A stretch of DNA of 64,000 nt. Source: Isurus oxyrinchus (taxonomy: Eukaryota). Shown here piece by piece: positions 51,266-62,499 of this stretch. The stretch lies in contig JANJGN010000052.1 in assembly GCA_026770705.1 (NCBI GenBank), positions 3,348,001-3,412,000 of the forward strand, read 5' to 3'. The first letter of the stretch is position 1. Each line of letters opens with the position of its first letter. The position numbers and the translations under genes were made by a program. Under the pieces are notes generated by a model. The model was not told the origin of the DNA and ran no database searches. It saw nothing but the letters and a program-made list of their open reading frames with translations.

Positions 51266-51514
51266 TCAGTTTCGCTTGAATCTGATCTGTGCGTATTCCG
51301 TCTCCTCTTCCCTGTGGACAGACGCATCACCACTGGACACCCTGAAGACTTGGGGATTGGCGTAGAGAAGGTTGTCAGTATTGTCAGGGATTCCATGTCC
51401 AGCATCGCCTCCCACTGCACCTTCAGAGAGACCCCGGGGAGCTGGGGTCTCCCCCTCACTAGTTGTGTCTCTGGTTGTGTTCCGGGGCTCAGTAATCAGC
51501 ACGTTCTGTTTACC
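51266..51514 (-). CDS. Siglec B terminal cytoplasmic exon (LLYANP; ITSM TEYAQI)
   Basis: 249 nt, paralogous to 18863-19111. Confidence 0.88.
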   Translation of the reverse strand, partial: GKQNVLITEPRNTTRDTTSEGETPAPRGLSEGAVGGDAGHGIPDNTDNLLYANPQVFRVSSGDASVHREEETEYAQIRFKRN

Positions 51515-51662
51515 CTACAGAGAAATGGAAACAGAAGACATCCTCACATCATTTACTGGCACTGATAGGGTTAAATTATTGTGCAGCCTCGTTAGTGTCA
51601 GTCGTGGCTCAGTGGGTTTAACTGTCCTTCCCATGTCTTATGAAAGAAACCACCTAAGGCAT

Positions 51663-52405
51663 GTGCAGTGCTCCCTCAGTACTGACCCTCCGACAGTGCA
51701 GTGCTCCCTCAGTACTGACCCTCCGACAGTGCAGCACTCCCTCAGTACTGACCCTCCGACTGTGCAGCACTTCCTCAGTACTGACCCTCCGACAGTGCAG
51801 CGCTCCCTCAGTACTGACTCTCCGGCAGTGCAGCACTCCCTCAGTACTGACCCTCCGACAGTGCAGCACTCCCTCAGTACTGACGCTCCGACAGTGCAGC
51901 ACTCCCTCAGTACTGACCCTCCGACAGTGCAGCACTCCCTCAGTACTGACCCTCCGACTGTGCAGCACTTCCTCAGTACTGACCCTCCGACAGTGCAGCG
52001 CTCCCTCAGTACTGACTCTCCGGCAGTGCAGCACTCCCTCAGTACTGACCCTCCGACAGTGCAGCACTCCCTCAGTACTGACGCTCCGACAGTGCAGTGC
52101 TCCCTCAGTACTGAACCTCCGACAGTGCAGCACTCCCTCAGTACTGACCCTCCGACAGTGCAGCACTCCGTCAGTACTGACCCTCCGACTGTGCAGCACT
52201 TCCTCAGTACTGACCCTCCGACAGTGCAGCGCTCCCTCAGTACTGACCCTCCGGCAGTGCAGCACTCCCTCAGTACTGACCCTCCGACAGTGCAGCACTC
52301 CCTCAGTACTGACCCTCCGGCAGTGCAGTACTCCCTCAGTACTGACACTCCGGCAGTGCAGCACTCCCTCAGTACTGACCCTCTGTCAGTCCCGCACTCC
52401 CTCGG
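51663..52405 (+). repeat. 33-bp satellite array (~22 units) in the last intron of Siglec B
   Basis: Tandem units. Confidence 0.95.
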
Positions 52406-52532
52406 TAATGGCTCTGGCGAGTGACGGCTTGGATTCTGCACACAGGTGCCTGGTGTGAGGCTCAATAATATGAACCTTGTAATCAGAGAGAGGATTAGAG
52501 AGAGAGATAGAGATGAAGGGACAGAGACAGAG

Positions 52533-53289
52533 TGTTATGAATCTATTAATGTATGTAATGTAATTGGAAATTGTCTATTTAGACAGAAGTTCAGTCTGTG
52601 GGTGTGTTTGTGTGTGTTTTAATTGGACTAAAGCCAGCCAGTCTGGGTACTTGGATGTCTAGTAGTCTTCAGATGTAAACAAAGAGGTAAAGTGGTAATT
52701 TGCATTTTTAAATAGAGCATTCAATGTCTGGGGGCGAAATGTTAAACCAATCAACATTTATATTACTAATAAAATTGAGACAATGAAAGGGGATTTATTG
52801 TTAGAAGAGATGGAGTTCAAAGGTCCTGATGATACAATGAGAATTTACATTCAAAGAGAAGCACTGGGTATAACTTGAGCAGTTTTGTGTGTGCAGAGCA
52901 GAGGCTTGTAACATCAAAGCAGCTGTAAGCCTACACCTGTCTGCAAAGGAACCAAAGTGAAAGGAACTTCATTTGGAATTTCTGAGGTGAAAATGCTTTG
53001 CTGGAATCTGCTTGAAATCTATGTGTTCTCTTAGAGGAGATGAGTTAGAGAATTTGTTAAAAAGTTATGATAATACTAGTTTGTAGCCATGTGCATATGT
53101 TTAACTTGTGTAAATTAATAAATGTCTCATGTAGTTTGATATAAACCCATCTCGAGAACTGGTGGTCTTATTCCTGAATTTAGAGCTGCATCTCAAACAT
53201 TCCACTGGGAAATATAGGTTATGACAGTTGTTTAAAGTTTCCCTCTGGGATTTTAAACAACAGCCTTTACCAGTTGCTGTGTCATAACA
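52533..53289 (+). mobile_element. Solo LTR (TGTTATGA...TCATAACA)
   Basis: TG...CA ends with an 8-bp terminal inverted repeat; absent from the paralogous intron of gene A. Confidence 0.75.
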
Positions 53290-53424
53290 GAGAGACAGCG
53301 TGATACTGAACCATTGCTGACTCCACAGGTACAAATCAGTGGGTAACTGGGCAGGGAATCTGGGACACGTGTTGTCTACACACTGAGATTGAAGCTTTGG
53401 AGTGAGTGTAAACAGCTCCTGTAC

Positions 53425-53506
53425 CTGGTGCTTCACAGAGAGTGGACTGGGGGTCAATGCAATGTCACTGGTCCCTGAAACTCTCTCCTCCATCGCTGTC
53501 TTTCTC
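53425..53506 (-). CDS. Siglec B first cytoplasmic exon
   Basis: 82 nt, near-identical to 23996-24077. Confidence 0.82.
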
Positions 53507-53619
53507 CTGCAATAACACAATATCACACTGTGGTTATCATATAGCAGAGAGTCAGTGCAGCACAGAAACAGAGCCCACTGTAACCTTACACCAACGACTG
53601 GACTGTCTCTTTAAATCAC

Positions 53620-54095
53620 TTCTGCACAAAGCACAGAATTAAGAAGCTCGACACCATCCAGGACAAAGCAGCCCGATTGATCTACACCCCATCCCCCACA
53701 TTAAACATTCACTCCCTCCACCATGAACACACAGTGGCAGCAGTGTGTGTACCATCTACAAGATGCACTGCAGCAACTCAGCAAGGCTCCTTCAACAGCA
53801 CCTTCCAAACCCACGACCTCTACCATCTAGAAGGACAAGGGCAGCAGACACATGGGAACACCACCACCTGGAAGTTCCCCTCCAAGTCACTCACCATCCT
53901 GACTTGGAAATATATCACCATTCCTTCACTGTCGCTGGGTTAACATCCTGGAACTCCCTCTCTAACAGCACTGTGGGTGTACCTACACCACATGGACTGC
54001 AGCGGGTCAAGAAGACAGCTCACCCCCACCTTCTCAAGGGGCAATTAGAGATGGGCAATTAATAGCGGCCTCACCAGTGACAGCCACATTCGATG
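53620..54095 (+). mobile_element. LINE 3' fragment
   Basis: KKLDTIQDKAA...CTIYKMHCSNSARLLQQHLPNPRP family. Confidence 0.85.
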
Positions 54096-54613
54096 TAGGG
54101 ATTTAAAATCTCGCAGCTTAGGAAGAAGCCACTCAGCCCATCGTGCCTGTGCTGGCCCTTTGTATAAACTGTCCAGTTAGTCCCACTACCCAGACTGTTC
54201 AATCCTTGTGATGGTTATAACCTCTCAGTTCTGATATCATCCCTGTGAATCTAAATCAGAGAGAGGCAGATACAACGTGGGAATATACAGTTACTTATTC
54301 AAGTCCCTGGAACATTGCAAAGCCGTTCCCGGTGAATGAACCAATCATCGGGGTGTGGTCACTCCGCTTGTGTGGAATCACAAGGTGACCTGATACAATC
54401 CAGGAGTAATCGTGCAGAGTGAGGAATCTCTGGGTCTCGTGATCATTTAACTGGATACAGGACAATGAAAGGTTCTCTCCGGATCATAGTGGACACAGGG
54501 ATCACTTACAGAGAGGGACCTGGTGCTGATCCCAAGGGAAACAATCACCGACTTAAGGAAAGAGCATTGAAGCAAATGTTTATATTAAAATCAAGTTAAA
54601 TCTTCAGACTTAC

Positions 54614-54710
54614 TTTCTCACACAGATGAAGATGAAGATTCCAGCCAGGAAAACACTCAACATGATCCCAGCCGTGAACAATCCTACTGTCCATTTACTG
54701 GAGTCTCTAC
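54614..54710 (-). CDS. Siglec B transmembrane exon
   Basis: 97 nt, same sequence as 24955-25051. Confidence 0.88.
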
Positions 54711-55787
54711 CTGTAAAAACAGCCATTAATTACTGCACTACAGGTTTACAATGATGCTCCGATGTATCTCGAGAAGCGATACACTCACTCAGTGTTTAAA
54801 TACTCATTCTCGGGCAATGCTGACATTTATTGTCCATCCCTAGTTTCCCCTTGAGAAGGTGGTGGGGGGTCTTCCTCCTGAACCACTGGTTTGTCCCAAA
54901 CTGGGAGACCAGTTCAGAGGGCAGGTAAGAGTTAACCATGTTGGTGTTACAGACTGGAGTCACTTATACACCCAGACCTGTTAAAATGGACAGGTTTTCC
55001 TCACTAAATGGACATTAGTGACCCACCCTATACATGTGATCTCTATATACGTATCAACCAACCTCACTAAAATAATCCATTATCAGATCACTGTCACCTT
55101 GTGTGGGATCTTGCTGTACACATTTTGGTGCCGTATTTCCTACATTACAACATGACATTGCTTCAAATATATCTCATTGACTGTAAAGTGTTTTGGGACA
55201 ATCTGATCATTCAATAAATACAGGTCACCCTTTTCAATGTAACAATTATTGATAATTTTATCAATGAAATATTTGGTTATTAATCAAACTCCAATTTCTG
55301 CCTGTTCACTGTTGACTAAAACCTGTCTAGACCCTGAGTCACATGAGGTGATGTTAGGGACAGATGACCTTGTGAAGGGGACATAAGGAGCCTACAAAGT
55401 GACACAGAGTTTTAAGTGAATGGGCAAAATCTGGCAAATAGTGTATAACGTGGGAAAAGATGAAATTGTCCATTTTGACAGGGAGAATAAGGTGAAGCTT
55501 GATAGGTTCTTGATTCACAAAGGGGTGAAAGGTCATCAAGGGTGAGCAGGGAATGTGGGGTTGAGGTTACAATCAGATCATCCATGACCTTATGGAAAGA
55601 TGGAACAGGCTCGAGGGGCTGAGTGGCCTCCTGCTGCTCCTCATTCCTGTGTTCGTATGTTTGTTTCACCAAAAGCTTTGTCAAAGAGATCGGTTTTAAA
55701 GAGAGTCCAAACTGAATGTTTCAACACAGCCCAAAAACCAGGACAGTGATCCAGAGTGATCCAGTGCGGAACTGAGAGATCAGGAAC

Positions 55788-56964
55788 TGTGTGTGCGTAT
55801 GTCTGTGTGTGTGTGTATGTGTCTGTGTTTGTGTATGTGGATGTTTGTGTGTCTCTGTGTGTGTGCGTCTGTGTGTGTGCGTATTCCTGTGTGTGTGTCT
55901 GTGTTAGTCGATGTGGATGTGTGTGTGTGTCTGTGTGTGTGCGTATGTCTGTGTGTGTGTGTGTCTGTATGTGTGTGTGTGTGTCTGCGTTAGTCGNNNN
56001 NNNNNNNNNNNNNNNNNNNNNNNNNNNNNNNNNNNNNNNNNNNNNNNNNNNNNNNNNNNNNNNNNNNNNNNNNNNNNNNNNNNNNNNNNNNNNNNNNNNN
56101 NNNNNNNNNNNNNNNNNNNNNNNNNNNNNNNNNNNNNNNNNNNNNNNNNNNNNNNNNNNNNNNNNNNNNNNNNNNNNNNNNNNNNNNNNNNNNNNNNNNN
56201 NNNNNNNNNNNNNNNNNNNNNNNNNNNNNNNNNNNNNNNNNNNNNNNNNNNNNNNNNNNNNNNNNNNNNNNNNNNNNNNNNNNNNNNNNNNNNNNNNNNN
56301 NNNNNNNNNNNNNNNNNNNNNNNNNNNNNNNNNNNNNNNNNNNNNNNNNNNNNNNNNNNNNNNNNNNNNNNNNNNNNNNNNNNNNNNNNNNNNNNNNNNN
56401 NNNNNNNNNNNNNNNNNNNTGTCTCTGTGTGTGCAACTATGTGTTTCTCTGTCTGTGTGAGTGCATCTGTGTGTGTGTGTGTGCATATGTCTGTGTGTGT
56501 GTGTGTTTGTGTTTGTCGATGTGGATGTTTGTGTGTGTCTATGTGTGTGTGTCTGTGTGTGTGCGTATGTCTGTGTGTGTGTGTCTGTATGTGTGTGTGC
56601 GTGTGTGTGTCTGTGTTAGTNNNNNNNNNNNNNNNNNNNNNNNNNNNNNNNNNNNNNNNNNNNNNNNNNNNNNNNNNNNNNNNNNNNNNNNNNNNNNNNN
56701 NNNNNNNNNNNNNNNNNNNNNNNNNNNNNNNNNNNNNNNNNNNNNNNNNNNNNNNNNNNNNNNNNNNNNNNNNNNNNNNNNNNNNNNNNNNNNNNNNNNN
56801 NNNNNNNNNNNNNNNNNNNNNNNNNNNNNNNNNNNNNNNNNNNNNNNNNNNNGCATCGGTGTGTATGTGTCTCTGTGTGTGCATCTATGTGTATCTCTGT
56901 CTGTGTGTGTGCATCTGTGTATGTGTGTGCGTATGTCTGTGTGTGTGTTTGTGGGTCTGTATGT

Positions 56965-57040
<76 letters not shown>
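55788..57040. repeat. (TG)n-rich region with two assembly gaps
   Basis: Visible TG runs and N blocks. Confidence 0.9.
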
Positions 57041-57041
<1 letters not shown>

Positions 57042-57219
57042 CTGAGTGACAGCTGCGCTGTCGGGGGGTCAGTAGGAAGGGAGCTCTGCAATGTCAGAGG
57101 TGAATTTTTATCAATAAAAGCAGATGATCTGTTGTTAAACAAACTGTATTTTATGGGTTTTTACTGTGTAGCATGTGGACTATAATGGCCAATGTAGAAT
57201 AAAGGATGTCTGTACTTAC

Positions 57220-57516
57220 CTTGCACAGTTAGTACGAGGGTCCGCTCCGATGAAACAGATGGATATCTCACTCTGCAGCTGAGAGTGTGTCCGTGGTGTT
57301 TGAGTGATGGGATCAGGGTCAGAACAGAAGTATAGGTCAGAGTGACACCATGCTGAGTTACAGTGTTTGAGACTGATCCAGGTACGTCAGTGGGAGTGTC
57401 CCAGGTTAAGACAGGTGCTGCTGTTCCATTGCACGTTGTGTTGAAGGTGCAGCTTACATCCACACGCTTTCCTGCAATAATTTCAGCAGGGAATATCGTG
57501 GGTTTATCTGTGAAAT
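57220..57516 (-). CDS. Siglec B domain-2 (C2-set) exon
   Basis: 297 nt, near-identical to 38531-38827. Confidence 0.9.
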
Positions 57517-57887
57517 CTAACAGACAGAGAATGGATCCTTTTAGAGAAATATAACGTGAAGCATCAGTTCAAATAGAAACCACAGACCCACAAGAAAAAG
57601 CACTTTTACAAGGATGATATCAGAACTGAGATGTTTCAACGATCCTGATAGACTGTTAGACACAATTAGAGTGATCAATGGAAGTGGAATACATTTAATC
57701 ATTGATATTAAAGTGAGTATTAGAGGTTGCTTTAGGACTGAACTGGAAGCTATCACCAGGTTATTGAGAATCAGACAGCGTGTTATAATAAGCTGTGTTT
57801 TGTGTTAATATGTAAACGTCACAGTTTGTGTTATTTCCCATTGAGTGTTGAATGTGAATTGTTGAGTAATTATAACACAGCACTTAC

Positions 57888-58253
57888 CAGAAACGTGAAG
57901 CTGGGTTACAGGATAATAGTTGTATCTATTTCTGCTGTCAAATTCTATTCTGAAATAATAAGGTCCTGCATCTTCCCGTGTGATGTTGTTTATAATCAGA
58001 GAACAGTCGCCATCTTTCAGGTCTCCAGACAGTCGGGTCCGATGGTGGAACCGTGGTAACTCGTGACTGTGATCCTTGGAGTGAAAGGCTATAGACGATG
58101 TTTCCCGTTCCTCATTATTAAACCAGACTCCACCTCGCGGTTGGTTTTCCAGACACAATGGATAACTGTAATGACACGGAATCTGTACACACGAACCTTC
58201 CTGCACTGTCACCTCTTGTGGAGTGTCACCTTTCCACTCTTGTGAGGGTTCAG
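57888..58253 (-). CDS. Siglec B second V-set exon (V2)
   Basis: 366 nt, open; DAGPYYFRIE with the conserved Arg. Confidence 0.92.
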
Positions 58254-58309
58254 CTGGGGAGAGAAATCTCAATATTTAACTCTGGATGTTTTGTGGATCC
58301 ACTGAACCT

Positions 58310-59140
58310 GATATTTACAGATGAGGCTGAATTGGGGGGATGGTCAATAATGAGGAGGAATGCAACAAATTATATTGTCAGGAAGAATAGAAAAACAGGA
58401 TATTATTTAAATCGAGAGAGGGGGCAGAATGCAGTACAGAGGGATCTGGGTGTCCTGGTACATGAATCACAGAAAGTCAGCATTCAGGAACACCACGGAA
58501 TGAGGAAGGCAAGTGGAATGTTGGTCTTTATTGCAAAGGTATGGAGTATAAAAGGAGGGAAGTCTTGCTACAACTGTATAGGGTGCGATTGTATCAGGAG
58601 CAGTGTATACAGTTCTGGTCTCCTTACTTAGGGATGGATAGACTTGCATTGGAGGCAGTTCAGAGGAGGTGCACTGGGCTGATTCCTGGGATTAAAGGGT
58701 CTGTCCTGTGAGGAAATGTTGAGCAGGTTGGGCCTGTATCCATTGGAGTTTAGAAGAATGAGGCGTGACCTTATTGAAACATATCCGATTCCGAGGGGGC
58801 TTGACAGGGTGGATGCTGGGAGGATGTTTCCCCCTCGTGGGGGAATCTAGAACCAGGGAGCACAGTTTCGGAATGAGGGCTCCCCCATTTAAGACTGAGA
58901 TGAGGAGGAATTTCCTCTCTCAGAGGGGCGCTAGCCTGTGGAATTCTCTTCCCCAGAGAGCAGTGGAGGCTGGGCCATTGAATAGACTCAAGGCTGAGTG
59001 AGGCAGGTTTTTGATCGACAAGGGAGTCAAGGGTTTGGGGGACAGGCAGGAAAATGGAGTTAAGGCCACAACCAGATCAGTGAGAGCAGGCTCGAGGGGC
59101 CGAATGGCCTGCTCCTGTCCCTATTTCTTGTGTTCCTACA
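58310..59140 (+). mobile_element. CR1 LINE 3' fragment
   Basis: QRDLGVLVHES...PFKTEMRRNFLSQR...LWNSLPQRAVEA. Confidence 0.88.
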
Positions 59141-60629
59141 TTCTTACCTTCTTAAAATATTAAAGCTGCAGAATAAACATGCAAGTGACTGACCCGCTCG
59201 ACCCACCTTCCATCTGGGGGTCCCATGGGGAGGACCCTTCCTGAGCCAGATCCACCAGCCAACATGGTCTGGATCCGAGCACAGGAGACACGGGGGGTAG
59301 TGACTAACAGGCTCCTTGTGACAGGCCCCGTCTGTCCAATGGCTGGCTTTCAGCTGCCAAGGCCAGAGTGGTCCTTGCTAAAACCGGCTCAGGACAGGCC
59401 AGGACCCCTGTGCAGACCCCCCCCAGCGCTGCAGCCTCTGTACAAACCCCTCATGCGCTTGTGGAGAGACACAAACAAGGCTGCACATTACCGAGGAGAA
59501 TCCCCTCTACGGACTAAGGGGCTGACTCATCACCTTAAACTGCGCAAATGAGGAGGCTCTCACTCAGTATCGGGGCTTGGCATTCGCTCAGTAAAAATAA
59601 TCAAATGACATTTTGGTCAGAAATCCAAGGAGGTTGTACATTCCCTCAAAAATAAGACTCGATCTGGGGTCGCGGGTCAAAGGGCAACAACTTATATTTA
59701 CACAACAACTTTAACATGACAAATCACCCCAAGGTGCTACACAAGAGTGTCATAAAACAAAGTATGTCACCCAGACACATGTGGAGATATTAGCAACAGC
59801 TGGCCAGAAGAGGTCGGTGTTTTGGAGAGACAGAGAGAAAGAGAAAAAGAGACAGAGAGAGAGAGAGAGAGAGAGTTGGAGAGGTTTCGGGTGGGAATTC
59901 CAGAGCTTATGGTCCCAGGCAGCTGAAGGCACGGCCGCCAATTTTGGAGCGATAGCATCCGGTGATGGTCAAGAGTTTGGAATTGGAGGAGTGCAGTGAT
60001 CTCGGGGGGTTGTAGGTGCTGTAGTTTGTACAGAGGCTGCAGAGAGGCTACAAATTAGGAAAATTTGGAGAGGCTGTAGGAGTTCACAGAGCTAGGGAGG
60101 GTTGTAGAGTATGCAGGAGGTTACAGAGATAGGGAGGGTTGTAGGGGTTGGAGGAGTTACAGTGAAAGGGAGGTGGATGTAGGGACTGGTGGATGTTACA
60201 GGGTAAGGGAGGCATTAGGGGCATGAGTAGGTTACAGAGACAGGGGGTTTGGAGGGACTGGAGAAATTTACAGTGAAAGGGAGGCTTAAGGGGATAAAGA
60301 TGGTGACAGAGATAGGGAGGGTGGACGGGAATGGGAAATGTTATGGAGATAGGGGGTTTGTAGGTACAGGATGGGGTTATAGAGATTGGGAGTTTTATAG
60401 GGAATGGAGGACATTACAGAGATAGGGGTTGTTGCAGCGGTTGGAGAAGGTTACAGAGAAATGGACCGTTGTTGGAGCTGGAAGAGGTTTATGAGGGAGG
60501 GGTGGTTATAGGGACTGAAATAATTTACAGAGATTGGGAGTGTTGTAGGGGCTGGAGGAGGTTACAGAGATAGGGTGGGTTGTAGGGGCTGGAGGTGGAA
60601 GAGGAGATTACAGGGATAATGAGGAAACA

Positions 60630-61610
60630 AAGATGAAAATTTGGACATTGAGACTTTGCTTGACCAGGAGCCAGTCTCGGTCATCGAGCAGAGCGGGTGA
60701 TAAGGGAACGGGACTTGGTGTGAGTAAGGATGTGGTCAGCAGTTTTGGATGGCCTCAAGTTTATGGAGTATGGAGCGTATGTTGGAACAGTCGAGTCTGG
60801 AGGTAATGAAGGCGTGGATGAGGGTTTCAGCAGCAGATGAGCTGAGACAGGGTGATGTCGTGCGATGTTATGGAGGTGGAAATAGACGGTGTTAGTGAGG
60901 GCGCAGATATGAGGCCGGAAGCTCATCTCAGGATCAAATGAGACAACAAAGCTGTGAACAGATTGGCTTCAATCTCAGAGAGCTGCCAGGGAGAGGAATG
61001 GAGTTGGTAGCGAGGGAACAGAGTTTGGAGCGGGGAATGAAGCCAATGGCTTCAGTCTTTCCAATATTTAATTGGAGGGAATTTCTGCCCATCCAGTACT
61101 GGATGTCGGATAAGCAGCCTGATAATTTAGCAGCAGTGGAGGAGTCGAGAGAGGTGGTGGTGAGGTAGAGCTGGGCATCCTCAGTGGACAGGTGAAAACT
61201 AACACTGTTCAGATGATGCTGCAAAGCCATTGCAAGTGATTCTCTGGCTACGATGAGATGGATAAGAGTGGAGCCAGGGGAGAGCAGTCCCACCCAGCTG
61301 GACCACAGTGGAGAGGTGTTGGAGGAGAATGGTGTGGTCGAGCGTGTCAAAGGCTGCAGACAGATCGAGAAGGACGAGGAGGGAAAGTTGACCTTTGTCA
61401 CAGTCACACAGGATGCCATTTGTGACCTTGATAAGAGCTGTTTCAGCACAGTGGCTGGGGTGGGAACCTGATTGGAGGGATTCAAACATGGAGTTCCGGG
61501 AAAGATGGGAACGGATTCGGGAGATGGAAACACGTTCAAGGACTTTGGAGGGGAAAGAGAGGCTGGAGATGGGACGGGGGTTTACACGGACGGTGTGAGG
61601 GGTGGAAGGT
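60630..61610 (-). mobile_element. L2-type LINE RT fragment
   Basis: RPISSLSFPSKVLER...ETALIKVTN...LLVLLDLSAAFDTLDHTILL; LQLNIGKTEAI. Confidence 0.88.
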
Positions 61611-61853
61611 GTAGTGGGGAGGAGATACTTCACTCAGGGGGGAGGTGTCATCACCCCTCAGCTTGGTTTACGTTACAGCTATGATGTGGATTCAATCACA
61701 CACAATAAGCTCATGGATCTGGGAGCAGAAATAGACAAATCATTAAAAATAGTGATGCTGGTTAACACGGCCAAAAAACAAGCAAATCAAACACTATTAT
61801 TTCCCATTGAGTGTTGGATGTGAATTGTTGAGTAATTATAACACAGCACTTAC

Positions 61854-62240
61854 CAGAAACATGAAGCTGGGTTTCAGGATAGTAGCTATAACTATTGTTG
61901 CCGTCAAATTCTATTCTGAAATAATAATATCCTGCATCTTCCCGTCTGATGTTGTTTATAATCAGGGAACAGTCGCCATCTTTCAGGTCTCCAGACAGCC
62001 GGGTCCGATGGTGGAACCATGTTAACTTGCGATTGTGATTCTTGGAGTGAAATGCTATGATCCCTCTAGACCTTGTATTCCATGTATTCCATGTATACCA
62101 TATCACATACCAGATTCCGACACGTGCTCTCCCTACTAAATGTGCTGGATAACTGTAATTACATGGAATCTGTATACACGAACCTTCCTGCGCTGTCACC
62201 TCTCGTGGAGTGTCACCTTTCCACTCTTGTGACAGTCCAA
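61854..62240 (-). CDS. Siglec B first V-set exon (V1, intact); leader exon lies beyond the window
   Basis: 387 nt, open; VGLSQEW...GSCIQIPC...DAGYYYFRIE. Confidence 0.92.
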
Positions 62241-62499
62241 CTGGGGAGAGAAATATCAATATTTTACTCTGTGTGTTTTGTCAATCCACTAGACTCAATA
62301 TCCACCCCCTCCTTCACTGGGGCACAGTGGCTGCAGTGTGGACCATCTACAGGACACACAATGAACTCCCCAAGGTATCACAATAGATGGAAGTGAATCC
62401 TGGAAACAGGAGTGGACAAGTTCATTCTAAATTGGCTCATGGTCCTCAGGACCCTATTTGTGCACAAGCCTGCTATCCAACAGAACTGAATTTGGGGAA

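Noticed and set aside
55641-57185. ORFs spanning N gaps and TG repeats
   Set aside because: Artefacts of gaps and microsatellites.
18863-62240. Naming A/B as CD22, MAG or SIGLEC1
   Set aside because: Domain number and tail motifs fit none of them exactly; orthology needs a phylogeny, so no symbol is given.
39150-62260. V exons as rearranging Ig/TCR/NAR segments
   Set aside because: They end in normal splice donors with strand G included, no RSS was seen, and they show the Siglec Cys pattern and FR motif.
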